64,000 bases of DNA from Blepharisma stoltei ATCC 30299 (lineage: Eukaryota; Protista; Ciliophora): assembly GCA_965603825.1 (NCBI GenBank), contig CBFDEM010000045.1, positions 310,001 through 374,000 on the forward strand, read 5' to 3'. The notes beneath the pieces are model-generated. The model made no database searches. It saw nothing but the letters and a program-made list of their open reading frames with translations, and was not told the origin of the DNA. The translations under genes were made by a program, and so were the position numbers. Below, one piece after another: positions 43,250 through 55,976 of the stretch (positions within the stretch are counted from its first letter, which is position 1; each line of letters opens with the position of its first letter).

Positions 43250-46200
43250 ATGGAAAACGAAAAGAAAGCCACAAAGGTAACCATGACTGAAGAAGAATTT
43301 CTGAATAATCTTGTAAATATAACATAGACTCACTGGGCAGGATTCACTCCAGAAGAAATCGCAGATAAATTATCAATCTCAAGATTAGAAGTTTGTTTGG
43401 AATCCCTCGATACCATGCACTACATAAGCTCGTTTGAAAACCTCAAAAGCCTAACTTTGGTCGCCTTAAACATCGAAAGAATAGAAGGGCTAAACCGTAT
43501 GGTTTCTCTAGAAGAAATTTGGCTGAATCAGAACCAAATTAGCAAAATTGAAGGGTTTGAGTTCAATGTAAATTTGAAAAGGATGTTTCTATCAAACAAT
43601 AATATAGAAATAATCGAAGGACTTGATAACTTGGAAAATCTTGAAGTCCTTTGGCTAAATGAAAATAAAATACAAAATCTTCAAGGACTGGGAAGCTTGA
43701 AAAATCTGCAACAGCTGTGAATAGGGCAAAACCAGATTGCAAAAATTGGGTCTGATTTGTCACAGCTGAGGAAACTGGAAGACCTGAATATTGCAGGAAA
43801 TTGTATTGGGAGCTTTAAAGAAGTCCTCTGTTTAACTTCATTGCCAGCATTGACGATCCTTGCTTTAAATGACCCTCATTTCAACGAAAACCCAGTATGC
43901 AATTTATGCAATTACCAAACATATATGATTTTTCAGCTCCCTCAGCTAAAAAAACTTGACACCTTCTTGATATCAGAAGAAGCCCAAAACTACGCTGAAG
44001 CTACTTTCATGAAGAAAAAGATGTACTACAATATGAGAATCAAAACCATCAAGAGGACTTGCTCAAATATTAAGCTTGCCCTTATCAAGCTTGTCCAAAA
44101 ATTCCAAACACATGTATTTTCTCACATGGCTCCAATAGAAGAAGACTTGAATATGGCTGAGCGTGAACTTGACGAAAGAAAAAGTTCAAAACCTATAAGA
44201 AACGTATATACTTATGGAGAAGCCGAACTCCCAATAAACCCACTTGATTCAGTAAATCAAGAAGAACTTAAAGAATTGTTAGAAAGAAAAGTAGCTAGAC
44301 GAAAAGATGAATTAAGAGAAGCTAATAGTGACTTATTAACAGTTGATAAAATCAGCAGAGCTCTGCACAGTAAAGCTGACTATATGTGCAAAGAAAATAT
44401 TTCAAGACTAATCACAGAACTTGAAACAGGTGGAAACATCAGGTTTGAAGAAGGTAAAACTACAGACAATTGGTATACAAGCTGCGTCGATTTAATGCTT
44501 TCTAGGTATCAAGGACCTCCTCAAATCAAAGTTACAAGAGTTACCAGAATTCATAACAGATATTTAAGAAACAGATTTGAAGAAAGGCTTGAGACTGTCG
44601 CAGATACAACTGAATCTGCTTATAAAAGGAACTTGGAGTATTTATTTTATGGAATTGATTCAAATGCGCCTAACGAGCTCAATAGAGTTATGGAAGAAGG
44701 TTTCAGAACTCCTGGGGAATACAAAGAGCTAGGTCTCCCTGCTTGTGTTCCTCTCGTAAACTCAGTGCATACAGCTGAACTGTCGAGATTGATGTGCGTT
44801 GACTCAGACCTTGACACTATTTACCGTCCTTCAGGTCAAATTCTTATTTGTAAAGTTTATATTGGAGACGGGGTAGAAGATACAAAAGTCCCTACTTATA
44901 AAGCTAGAATGACTGTGGCAGACGTTTGGGAACAATCACCAATTTCGAAGCCAGAAAACAGTTGGGCCGCATATCGACAAAGAGATGACGACCCTAAAAA
45001 TAAGATATGGTTTATTTTTGACAACCATATTGTCCTACCGGAGTACCTTGTAGAATTTGAATATACTCATAGCGAATTATCAGCAGCTCCTGCTGAACTA
45101 GAGTGGCTAGAGATGAGCGAACTCGAAAAATCTGACTTGAATGCTTTTTCTGCTTCATTGACTGCTTTTATGGAACTATGCAACGACGATTCTGACACCT
45201 ATTTTGAGCAGATCTCTCCTGATATACCTACACGATCAACACTTGACGATATTAATGAAGAAATAATGCGTGCCATTTCTGGCGAACCATCTGCTTCAAA
45301 AATCACTTCACTGAATCTATCATTGAATAACATGATTTCTCTGCAAAACCTTGGATTTGCTTCTAATCTTGAACGGCTCTGCTTGAATTTTAATATGATT
45401 GAGTCTTTAGAGGATTTGAGGAATCTCAGGAATCTTTCTCATTTAGAGATCAGCCATAATAATATAAAATCTGTAGAATATGTGGGTTTCTTGAAAAATT
45501 TGGTGACTCTTGATATTTCGCATAATGTTATTGATGATATTCGGTGCTTGTTTAACTTTGAAAGTAATAAAAGACTTACAACTTTGGTTATGATCGGAAA
45601 TGAGGTTTCTCTGCACTCTCGTTATAGACAAGTAGTTTTTATAAATGTACCTAGCCTGGCAGAGCTAGATTATGAACCTGTTTCAAGGGCAGAAAAAGAA
45701 TTGTATAGCAATTCTAATCAAGCGATTAATATGGACGTTATCAGAGCCCATTATTTAACGGATTCAAGCTTTTTGCTGTCTGAGACCTCGCACTTTGAGA
45801 CTTTGTCAACGAAGGCTTTGATGGATTGGGTTGCTTCAGCTGAAAATATTCGGTTGGACAGTGAAAAGTTGACATCACTGTCAGGAATAGAGCAATTCTC
45901 AAACTTGAGAAAGCTGTCATTGATTGGAAACATGATTCAAGAAATCAACTTTATTGATAGATGCCCACTGTTGGAAGAATTGAGCTTAGAAGACAATATG
46001 ATTTCCAAAATTGGAAACCTTAATAGACTTATTTATTTGAAAAAACTCGATTTAGGAAGAAATTTCATAAGCAGAGTAGAAGGACTAGAGAAGCTTGAGT
46101 GCCTAACTCAGTTATCTTTGGAAGACAACTTGATCAATTCACTTGAAGGAGTTGAAGAGCTTCAAGGAATCATGGAACTCTATATTGGAAATAACCGAAT

Positions 46201-47374
46201 CCAGTCTCTCAAAGACATATTACTATTGAGAGATCTTCCAAAACTGATAATCCTCGATGTATCTGGCAATCCTCTAGCAAAAGAGCAGAGTTCAAGGCTT
46301 TATATCATTTTTCACTTAAAAAAGCTGAAAGTTCTAGATGGAATCGGAATTGAGCAAGCTGAGCAGTCTTATGCAAGAGATGAGTTTGGAGGAAGACTTT
46401 CTGAAGACTTATTAGAAAGCAGACTTGCAGGACTCAGAAAATCAGAAATCAGAAGCCTTGACCTTTCATCAGCCAAGCTCAGAGCTTTTGATGACATGTT
46501 TACAGGAGAAATCTTCCCATTGCTTATTGAAATAAACCTATCAGACAATCAAATTCAGACTTTAAGATGCTTTGGATTGATGCCTAATCTTATCAAGCTA
46601 CAGCTCTCTAAGAACAAGCTAGAATCTTTGCATTCGATTGATGGCAAAGGTCTCCAAGGGCTTCCCAATCTTGAAACTCTTGATGTCTCATTCAACCAGC
46701 TTCAGAACTTATCTGGGCTTCAAAACTGCAAGCTTCCAAACTTAAAAGTCTTAATTTGTGCCCATAATCGGATAGAAAGCATTGAATATTTAGACAACTT
46801 GACAAACTTAAGAGAATTGGATCTATGTGCCAACAATATCAAGCAGATCGACCCAACATCGTTTCCATCTGCATTGTCTTTGCGATATTTAAGACTTGAT
46901 GAGAATAAAATAAGAGTGATTTCTAACTTGAATGGGCTGGTCAAGCTTCAATGTCTTCAGCTTATTTCTAATAGAATCAGCGACTATATAGAACTAGAAA
47001 AATTAAGAGATCTACCGACTTTGATGGAATTGGCACTGTCTAATAACCCTATAACGAGAAAATTACCTTATAGAATAAGTGTGATCAAGAGGCTTCCTCA
47101 ATTAATGTTCCTAGATGGTCAAGAAGTGCAAGCTGAGGAAAGAGAAAGAGGGGAAATGGTACAAGAAGTCAAACCTCCTCCTATGATTCATTTGGCTCCT
47201 CAGCCTGCCCAAAAGGTGCCAGTGAGGCTGACCTCTGTGAATGTTGAAGCTGTTTTTGGAAAAAATGACCCAAATCCTGCGAAACGGCCAATTTCAAGCG
47301 CTAACTTTGGGATACTTGGAGTTACACCTATCAACTCCCACCTCAAATCAAAGAACCAAAAGCAAAAGAAGTAA
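43250..47374 (+). CDS. LRRC9: LRRC9-like protein (LRR blocks flanking a PARP/ART-like domain)
   Basis: 15-nt intron 43313-43327 and TGA=Trp 43718. NPVCNLCNY, KKKMYYNMRIKT, ELETGGNIRFEEG, RIHNRYLRNRFEE, LPEYLVEFEY, many SDS22-type LRRs. Confidence 0.87.
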
Positions 47375-47449
47375 CATAAAAGATTTACTATTAAATTCAA
47401 CTGTTTTAATTAATTCTATAGATGCATTATTTAGCTTGGTTTAGAAATT

Positions 47450-48695
47450 ATGGGTTATGCAATAGAGAGATTTGTTGATCCTGTTAATCCTGAATTATTC
47501 TGCTCAATGTGCAGAGAAGTTCTAAAAGATCCCTTAGAGTGCTCATCATGCCAATCGAGTTTCTGTGCCTCTTGTACAGAAGAATGAAAGAAGAAAAATT
47601 CAGTCTGCCCTAATTCATGCAACCTTAATTTTCAAAGAGCACATAAGTTTTTGAGACAAGTTTTAGGACTGCTTAAACTCAAATGTAAAAATTCAGAAGC
47701 TGGATGCCAAATAGTAACAACTTTAGATTTAATTAGCAAGCATGAGGCTCTGGAATGTCCTTATACTCTTGTTCAATGTAAATATCCAGGATGCAATGCT
47801 CAGTTTTTCAGAAGTGAAGCAGAAAATCATGATAAGACTTGTGAACAAAAAATTATCACTTGTAATGAATGTGGAGAAGAGTTTTCTTATAAAATCGCAG
47901 AACAGCATTCTTGTATCCATGTGATGGTGCAAGTGGTTCAAGATATCAAGCTCCTTTCAACTCAGAGTACTAAGATGATCAAAGAACTGCAAGAATCTGA
48001 CCTAATCACTAAAAAAAATTGAAAATTGCGACATGAAAATGTTCGATGCAATGCCTGCCAAAAAGATCCAATAGAAGGAACAAGAAATACTTGCCTTGAA
48101 TGCCCAGATTTTAATTTATGCAGCACTTGCAAGGCAGAATCCAAGCATGACCATCGTTTTATTCAACTATCAGAGAACGGAAAGCATGAATACGTAACAT
48201 GCGATGGATGTTTTGCAAGCCCAATTCCTGGGATCAGATGAAAATGCAAAGTTTGTGACAACTTTGGTAAGCATTATTTAGATTTTTGCCATAGGTGCAA
48301 ATTTGGAGCTCCACACCCAAATCATGAGTTTTTAGCTCTGGCACCTTATTTTGTTGATGCTATTCCGCTACCTCCAGATAAGCTCGGATATAGGCCAGGT
48401 GAGATATTTTCACGAAAATGGACAGTTTTTAACAATGGAGTGGAAACTATTAAAAACATGACATTTATCTGCATACATGGAGAAACCTGCAGTAAACCAC
48501 TAATTAGCTGAAAACCGTGAACTTAGCTTTGGGAACGTCGAAATCCCTGCAAAGCAGTCAAGAGTTTTAAAAGTGGATCAAAAAATCACACTCGAAATCC
48601 CTGGAATCTATACAAGTTTATGAAGACTGGCGACTTCTGATAGATTATCAACTTTTGGGCCCGATTTCATAATTCAGCTATCAATCGTCAATTAA
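47450..48695 (+). CDS. RING + TRAF-type Zn finger + 2 ZZ + NBR1 FW (Ig-like) domain protein
   Basis: Introns 48267-48281 (15 nt) and 48492-48507 (16 nt), four TGA=Trp. CSMC..CSSC..FCASC..W..CP; CKNSEAGC..HEALEC; two H..V.C..C..PI.G.R..C..C..F..C; PGEIFSRKWTVFNNG...PGIYTSLWRL...FGP. Confidence 0.82.
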
Positions 48696-48714
48696 TCTGG
48701 AAACAAAAATACAT

Positions 48715-49773
48715 TTAATCAAATGCTCTAATCTTTTTTCCATCTTCCCAAATTCCTCGTTTTCTTTCTCCACTTGGAAAGATGTATTCACCCTCGCCAT
48801 CTTGCTTTCCGTTTTTCCAATCTCCGTCATATTTTCTTCCATCAGCCCAGGTATAGACTCCTTTTCCATGCTTTTTATCATCTTTGTACTGTCCTTCATA
48901 CTTTCTACCATCTTTCCAGGTATATACCCCGTACCCATGCATATTATTATTTTTCCACTCTCCAATATATTTTCTTCCGTCCATCCAAATGTACACCCCT
49001 CTTCCGCTGATTTTGTTGTTTACTCAGTTTCCTACGAATTTGCTTCCGTCTGACCATGTGTAAGACCCAAAGCCGTGCTTTTGTCCTTCTTTATAAAACC
49101 CTTCATACTTGCTGCCGTCTGGCCAGGACTCATATCCAAAGCCATCTTGCAGGTCACTTTTTCAATCCCCATGATAAGCAGCTCCATTGCTATGTATATA
49201 AATCCCTTTTCCAGTCGCTTTTTCATCTTTTCAGTTTCCTTCAAATGTGTCTCCATTAATATGCCAAAATTTTCCATGTCCGTTGGCCTTATTTGCAATC
49301 CAATCTCCTTCATATTTAGCCCCATCAGGCCAAGTTTGTGTTCCAAGTCCATCTCTATCTTTTCCCAGTCACTCCCCTACATAGATTGCCCCACTTTTGA
49401 AAGCGTGTGGGTCTCTGATTTCTCTGCCAGAATTTTTGAATTTGCCTTTGTGTGTTTCTTCAGAATGAGATAGCGTAAAATAAGTGTTTTTCGAAAGAGA
49501 CTTCCGCAAGTGTTTGAATTGATTTCGAATGAGATACCCTCTCCAGTAAGCTTGGATTCTTTTGACATAATGAAGAATTTCTCTGGACTTTTTAGAATCA
49601 TAGTAGGCATAGAAATTGACTTGTGTAGAGTTAATATTTTCGAGTGTATTCACATCTGCTAAAGTATTTTCAGAGAGCTCTTTGTTAGTCTTGACATCTT
49701 TAAGGTCAGCTTCTGTGCTGAACTCATTTTCCTTGTTATTGCAATTGCAATTTGAACAACAAGACTGCCCCAT
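48715..49773 (-). CDS. IQ + MORN-repeat protein, N-acylated (MGQSCC)
   Basis: [11 protein letters not shown] and MORN repeats in one frame with multiple TGA=Trp. Confidence 0.88.
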
Positions 49774-49821
49774 ATAAAATGTTAAAATTTATATTTATTC
49801 AATGAAAAATTATATGATTAA

Positions 49822-51444
49822 TTATCGACTGAATTGTCTTGTGTCTCCACCATGGCGGACTCCTTCTGGATTTTTATTGCTGAATGTGTGTCCAGTCTTC
49901 TTGTAGAATTTTTTCTCCAAATTTGTGTTTCTGGATTTGCTTCCTTGGATTTTGACGTTCAAATTGACCATCGGCGGAGTGGTTAAACCAAAAGATCGTG
50001 CTACTTTTGGTAAATCAAGCTGAGAGACGTCAAATATGTCTTTTTGATGATGCGACTCATAAGCTTTTAGGTAAGATCTATAAGCTTCTCTTGCTGCTTT
50101 ATGCAGATAATAATTTTTCTCAATTAATCTTTCAAATTGTGGTTGGATATTTGCCAATTTGTTTTCTGCAAACTCAAACTCATTAAGTGGGACTTTTGCT
50201 TTTTTCAGGTATCTGAGGAACCCAAGCTCTTGAGGCAGTAAGAAAAGCAATGCTTTCCCTTGTCTCTGAACTCTTGCAGTCCTGCCAACTCTATGAATAT
50301 ACTCTTCAGGAATATCTGGAGGATCATATTGAATGATCCAGTCTACAGCTGGTATATCTAATCCTCTAGCAGCTACATCAGTACACAGAAGTATTGCGTT
50401 TTCTGCTTTGCAAAACTCAAAGTACGCTGTAGTTCTTTTTTGCTGCTTTTGCTTCCCATGGATATGCATTACTGTAATATCGACATAATTCAATAAATCG
50501 TAATGAAACTTCACAGAATTGCACGAGCTGAAAAACACCATGATTTTTTTGTCATGGTTCTTTTTGAGGAATGTGAAAAGCAAGCTAAATTTTCTGTCAG
50601 GCGGAACAACAGTGTAGCCTTGCTCCAATGTGCTTACTGTTGCGACCATTTGTTCTTCATCAAGGCCAACTAGGACTGGACTCTTTAAGGAGACTCTGAT
50701 AAGGTCGTCAAGTTTTTTGGTTTGTGTAGCTGAGTATAAAAGGGTTTGTCGTTCTGATGGGAGAAGTGATAAAATTTGGTTCATTTGTTCTTCAAAACCT
50801 TGCTTTAAGATTTGGTCAGCCTCGTCAATTACTAGTGTCATTAAGTTTTGATAGACAAAGCCAGGAGTATTTAGAAGGTGATCAAGCAGCCTGCCAGGGG
50901 TTGCAACCAAAACATTTACATGTTTTTCTAGTTTTTTAGCTTCATGAGATTGGCTTGTGCCTCCCATTATTAGACCATGTGTGTGGCTCATATGAGATAA
51001 AAGTTCTTTTGCAACTTGATAAATTTGAAGGCTTAATTCCCTTGTAGGAGAAATAATGATGATTGCTGAGCCTTGTTCTCTTCTGAAGCCAGCTTTGTGC
51101 ATCAGATTTATGGTTGGAATTAGGAATGAAAGGGTTTTTCCAGATCCGGTTTTTGATGCAGCCAAAATGTCGTGACCTTTTAGCGCTGGAGGAATCCCTT
51201 TTTCTTGGATAAGAGTAAGTTTATTAAACCCCATTTCTCCAATTGATTGCTTGAGCTCATCACATATATCCAGATCTGAAAATTTCTTTTTGCTAAAAAA
51301 GTTAGCGATTTCCTCAGTTTCTTTCTCGTCTTCTTTTTCTTCATTTTCGCTATTTTTTTGTTCTTCTTCCTCTTCAACCTTTTCGATTTTTCTCTTTTTC
51401 TTTCTTTTTACTTCTTGCAAGACTTCAGATTCGATAGGTTCCAT
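49822..51444 (-). CDS. HAS1: DEAD-box RNA helicase HAS1/DDX18
   Basis: KTGSGKT, SPTREL, TPGRLLDHL, DEAD, SAT, FFSSCNSVKFH, YIHRVGRTAR, AREAYRSYL. Confidence 0.95.
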   Translation of the reverse strand: MEPIESEVLQEVKRKKKRKIEKVEEEEEQKNSENEEKEDEKETEEIANFFSKKKFSDLDICDELKQSIGEMGFNKLTLIQEKGIPPALKGHDILAASKTGSGKTLSFLIPTINLMHKAGFRREQGSAIIIISPTRELSLQIYQVAKELLSHMSHTHGLIMGGTSQSHEAKKLEKHVNVLVATPGRLLDHLLNTPGFVYQNLMTLVIDEADQILKQGFEEQMNQILSLLPSERQTLLYSATQTKKLDDLIRVSLKSPVLVGLDEEQMVATVSTLEQGYTVVPPDRKFSLLFTFLKKNHDKKIMVFFSSCNSVKFHYDLLNYVDITVMHIHGKQKQQKRTTAYFEFCKAENAILLCTDVAARGLDIPAVDWIIQYDPPDIPEEYIHRVGRTARVQRQGKALLFLLPQELGFLRYLKKAKVPLNEFEFAENKLANIQPQFERLIEKNYYLHKAAREAYRSYLKAYESHHQKDIFDVSQLDLPKVARSFGLTTPPMVNLNVKIQGSKSRNTNLEKKFYKKTGHTFSNKNPEGVRHGGDTRQFSR

Positions 51445-51492
51445 TTATATATTAATCTAATCCACTTGATTTATTATTTAGAAAATGTAATC

Positions 51493-52239
51493 TTATCTTT
51501 TAAATGAATCCAGTTTCGACAGAAATTCATCATCTTGTTTTTTGATTTTTTCTTCCAATTCTGCTTTAATTGCTTTCATTTCCATATTCAAGAGATACTG
51601 AAGTGGGTCAGCCATTGGGTCTTCCTCTTCTTCAGGGTTCTCTTCTGCAGGTGCTTCTTCTTCAATAGGCTTCTCAATATATGGGTCAAGCACTGCAATA
51701 TTATTGGCATCTGCTTGTGAGCCTTCACTTAAAGGTAAAACAAGAGGAAATCGTCCTTCAAATCTGCTAACAACTCGTAAAGAGAGATCGGTGTGAGGAG
51801 TAAAAATATATTCATATAAGCTATAGTACTGGAAAAAAGTGCACAAGGCAAAATCCAGGACTTTTTTGAGATCATCCAAAGTGAAAACTGCGATTGAATA
51901 GGGAGATCGCTCAACTGAATGCTTCAAAAGCAGCTTCTTGAATATTTCAAAGCATGCAGATCGACTTAAGGCACCTTCAATTGCTTTAGATAAAGCATAA
52001 TTGAATATCCCAAGTACTGTTGATGTCTTTTCCTCTGAAAATCTTTCACGGATACAAAATTTTAGGTTCAATTCATGAAAATCAAGAAGGATTTGGCTTT
52101 TTTCATCATTATTTAAGAGATCAAATATTTGAGCAAGGCGGCTTCTTGATTCATCGACTAATTTTTCATCTAAAAGAGCTGTGGTGTCAGCCTTCGTAAC
52201 TGTTTTAAATACAAAAAAATACCTTGGAATCTCTGTCAT
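51493..52239 (-). CDS. CFAP119: Flagellar C1a-32/CFAP119 (CCDC189)-like protein
   Basis: Likely start ATG 52239. ILLDFH..LKFC..FSEEKTST, LLKHSVERSPYSIAVF, TFFQYYSLYEYIFT. Confidence 0.8.
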   Translation of the reverse strand: MTEIPRYFFVFKTVTKADTTALLDEKLVDESRSRLAQIFDLLNNDEKSQILLDFHELNLKFCIRERFSEEKTSTVLGIFNYALSKAIEGALSRSACFEIFKKLLLKHSVERSPYSIAVFTLDDLKKVLDFALCTFFQYYSLYEYIFTPHTDLSLRVVSRFEGRFPLVLPLSEGSQADANNIAVLDPYIEKPIEEEAPAEENPEEEEDPMADPLQYLLNMEMKAIKAELEEKIKKQDDEFLSKLDSFKR

Positions 52240-52304
52240 TTTTATTGAATTAATTTGATCAAAATTATAATTGATTTTATTTACAAATAATTTAATATAT
52301 AAAC

Positions 52305-52359
52305 TCAGAGGTAGTGTAGTGGTTATCACATCTGAAGTCCAAAGTTCCTGGCCTCTGAC
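52305..52359 (+). pseudogene. Truncated tRNA-like element (acceptor and D arms intact; anticodon and T loops missing)
   Basis: TCAGAGG/CCTCTGA 7-bp acceptor stem, TA linker, D arm GTG-TAGTGGTTAT-CAC (A-box), collapsed TCTGA anticodon arm, AAGTC variable loop, CAAAG-TT-CCTGG T-arm remnant, TTTT shortly downstream. Confidence 0.65.
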
Positions 52360-52476
52360 TCTTTTATAAACAAAATAAGCATTTAACATAACAAATCTCG
52401 TACTTGCATTCATAAAAGTTATACTTTGTAAAGCTAATAAAACTTATAATATGCTAGTTTAAAAATTAAATTTTTA

Positions 52477-54237
52477 TTAAAAGTTACTATTAATAATCAA
52501 AGACGGAGAAAGTCCAACCATCAAGCAGCCAATAGCCCTTAGCAAGGATCCAACAAGTGATGTCACCAATTCTGCATTTAATGACCTCTCTATTGTGCCT
52601 ACTGGCAATTTTTTCAAAGCAAATGGCAATGAATATCCATCAACCATTGTTGCACTAATATGAACAGCAAGAGTACCAGCAATATATTGAAAGGTCGTCA
52701 TGCCATGATGGGGAATCATTATATAGCAGCTCACATAGCAAATAATATGTGCAGCAATAATAACTAAGCGATCCTCAAAGTATTTAGCTTTATGAGCAAT
52801 AAATATGTGTATGGGAGCAACCGCTAATGAGATAACACCAAGATATACTCCTGTATAATTTATTGGTCAGTTTCAATGGTCCTCAGCAACAATCGGTATT
52901 GAGGTATACATTACTTCTTGAGCGCATTTAGGGATTGAAAATAAAAAGAGCAATAGGGTTACAGAAATTCATGACTTTAGGTTTGGTCCATTCTCTTTGC
53001 TTTCTATAGGGGTTGAAATTTCAGGTTCTTTATATCCGAAAATTACAATGAAAAAATAGATAATTCATATGAATAGCATTACTAAAGAACAAATATTGAA
53101 GCCTTTTACCGTTGCCCCAAAGAATGTGCCTTCGACTGAATATAAAGCTGTAGCAATGAATATCCCTAGTGCTACACCCAATATACGACCAGCAAGATAG
53201 GAAGTGCTTCATGAGACTCTTGCAGAAGGAATCACATTTTTGGCGATATATCGTCTATTTATTACTCTTGGATTACCTACTCCAAGCAGCAGTCTGCCAA
53301 GGAGTAAATAAAGTGGTGATTGCATATCATATGCTAAAAAGTATAACAGATTCCCAAGAATTACCATTAAAACACTGAAAGTAATAGGAATTTTAAATTG
53401 CTTAGTGGATCAATATTTGTAAAGAAGTCCGCATGCTACTATAGCAAGCCAGTTTACACCGTTTAAAAATCCTGTGAAATGCTTATCTGTATTTACACTT
53501 GCAGAATAGGCACTGCCAGTAAGTAAAAGCATATAAAAGTTAGTAAAATAGAGAGGTGAGCTGATCACAGCTAACAAAAGGGTTAAAAAATCTGGGTACA
53601 ATTTTTCGATTTGAGTGCCAGTGAGATTCTGAAAAGCAATAAGCTCATCTTTTGCACTTATGAGTTCATTTGCTATAGAAAATCCTAATTGTCCTGCAAC
53701 AGTCCCTAATAAAGATTGCCTCAGGCTACCTTCGTCTTGGCCATTAGTATCAAGCTCAGGAGATATTTTTTTAACAAAATTTTCTAATTCGTGAAGAATC
53801 CCAGACAATTCTTCATCACATTTTAGCTTGGCCATTTGCTCTTCATACATTTTTAAGAATTTTGACTTTGCATTCGGGACTCCTGCTCTTTGGAGTCTCT
53901 GAAGTAAGTGGCATATGATATTAAAATTCCAACAAGCGAATTTTATTAAATTTCTCAATAGTTTAGATAACTCAAATGCCTCTTGTTCTGCGTCAATAGA
54001 GGGTTTTTCAATAAATAGAAGATTATTTGTGCGCTCAACAGTCTCTTTTTTCATGGATACATACTTATCTCCAGCTTTGTCAAGTTCTTTCGCAAGAATC
54101 TTGAAAAATTTGAATTCAAGCGAAGGTTTATCTGATTTATCTCTCTTAATAAAGGCTTTTAATGAGTTATATGAAACATAAAAGCATTCTCATTCGGCTA
54201 TTTCTTTCGCTCTCATTGCCCGAGTAAATCGAACCAT
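52477..54237 (-). CDS. SPX-MFS phosphate transporter (PHT5/VPT-like)
   Basis: SPX start MVRFTRAM...EWECFYVSYNSLKAFI..ELDK, then MFS helices (LLGRLLLGVG, NRRYI). Many TGA=Trp. 3' end uncertain. Confidence 0.8.
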
Positions 54238-55325
54238 ATTTCTGACAATTATTTCAGCATTTCTAATAAATTGGCGTTAACTTATCCAATGGTATGGTAA
54301 TTTAACTTGAAAATTAAATGCTTGAATTTGGTAGAGGCATCAATTGAGTGTCATAGTCATTGGAAGTTGTAGAAATTTGGCTTTATTGAAAGCTATTAAG
54401 CTGCATAGAATTTCATATTTTATAATTCAAGTTAACAGTTAAATTCAGCATTCATTATTTATATATGCGATTACAAAGGTTATATTATCCTATTTCAACA
54501 AGTAAATCGCATAATAGCTAATCAACAAGGATGTTTTAATTAATAATAAATATGCATAAGTATTTACTAAGCATTTTGGAAAAATTGAGCCTTGCCAAGC
54601 CTATTAATTCGCCAAAATTCGTATCATAGAGTGCAAATTGCATTACAAGTTATGAGTATTTTCTATTTGAACTGTTTCTGTGTGGGGTATTTTATAGAGT
54701 TTTTGATAATCCCTATGAGCCTTCCGATCAAAGTTTATAAGATTAATCTGAAGAAGAATTGAAAAAAGTGTTTCTAAATCTCATTATTGGGCAAGGTACT
54801 GGCAATTCTGAATAGTGCTCCGTTTGTGATTGAAAGCCAAAGATTCATCCTCGATTAGCAGCATTATCTCTCTAGGAAGTTTTCTTAGTTGTGATATATC
54901 TTTTTCTCAAAATAATCCGATTTTTGGATTATTGATTTTCTCATCGATATCCCAATTGATCTGCTAATATTTCAGTCTTTATGAAGCATTTTATTAATCG
55001 CCTTTTTAAGTATGATAAAAAATAAGATAAGCTTTGAGCATCCTCATAACAAAGAGGAAGTCATAATTATCTCAGGAGCATTTGAAGACAATCAAACCTA
55101 AAATGCATTACAACGTTGAGTGGCATATAATTTTTGTGAAATATAAAAGCACATTTTCTTATCCTTCTGTTTTTTTACTTTAACTGGCTGCATGCTACAT
55201 ATCTCTAATAAGTGATAAGATTCTGTTTTCTAATTTTGATATTTTTCATCTAATAAATTGCATTTTGTTGAATTTATTACTAAAACTCACTGTAAATTTT
55301 ATTTCATAAATTATTTCTTATATCT

Positions 55326-55976
55326 ATGGACGAAGAATACGACTACTTATACAAGATAGTGCTAATAGGAGACTCAGGTGTAGGCAAATCAAACTTACTT
55401 CTTCGGTTCACTCGAAATGAGTTCAATATGGACTCTAAAGCTACAATAGGTGTTGAGTTTTCACAGAAAACTATTAAAATTGGTGGGAAAACAATAAGGA
55501 TTCAGATTTGAGATACTGCAGGCCAAGACAGGTTTCGTGCAATAACTTCGACTTATTATAGAGGAGCTGTGGGAGCATTGCTTGTGTATGATATTTGCAA
55601 TCACAGCAGTTTCGACCATCTTGACCGATGGGTCAGAGAGCTAATGGATCATGTGGACCCAACAAATATTATTGTTATGCTGATAGGAAATAAATGCGAT
55701 TTAGAAGACAAAAGATCAGTTAAACCAGATGACGCGCTTGCATATTCACAAAGAAACAATATGGCTTTTATGGAAACTTCTGCTCTGGATTCAACTAATG
55801 TTGATCAGGCATTTGAAAAAATTGTGAAATTAATATACGATCAGACTATCAAAAATACTGAAAGCACAAAAAAGACTGAACAATCAGTTGTTGGACCAAC
55901 AAAAAAAATTGAAAGCACAAGAGAAGAAAAAATTAGAGTTCAAAAAGATTCCCAGAATAAAAGTGGTTGCTGTTAA
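55326..55976 (+). CDS. Rab11-like small GTPase
   Basis: [17 protein letters not shown](TGA)DTAGQ, GNKCDL, ETSA, C-terminal GCC. Confidence 0.92.

Noticed and set aside
52240-52413. 58-aa N-terminal extension of CFAP119 in the track
   Set aside because: Runs through AT-rich intergenic DNA and the tRNA-like element. ATG 52239 fits the family start better.
54650-55070. Coding-like stretch between SPX-MFS and Rab11 (minus frame INWDIDEK...FWEKD...)
   Set aside because: Interrupted by TAA/TAG, with no consensus tiny intron to link it to a start and no recognisable family. At most a decayed gene.
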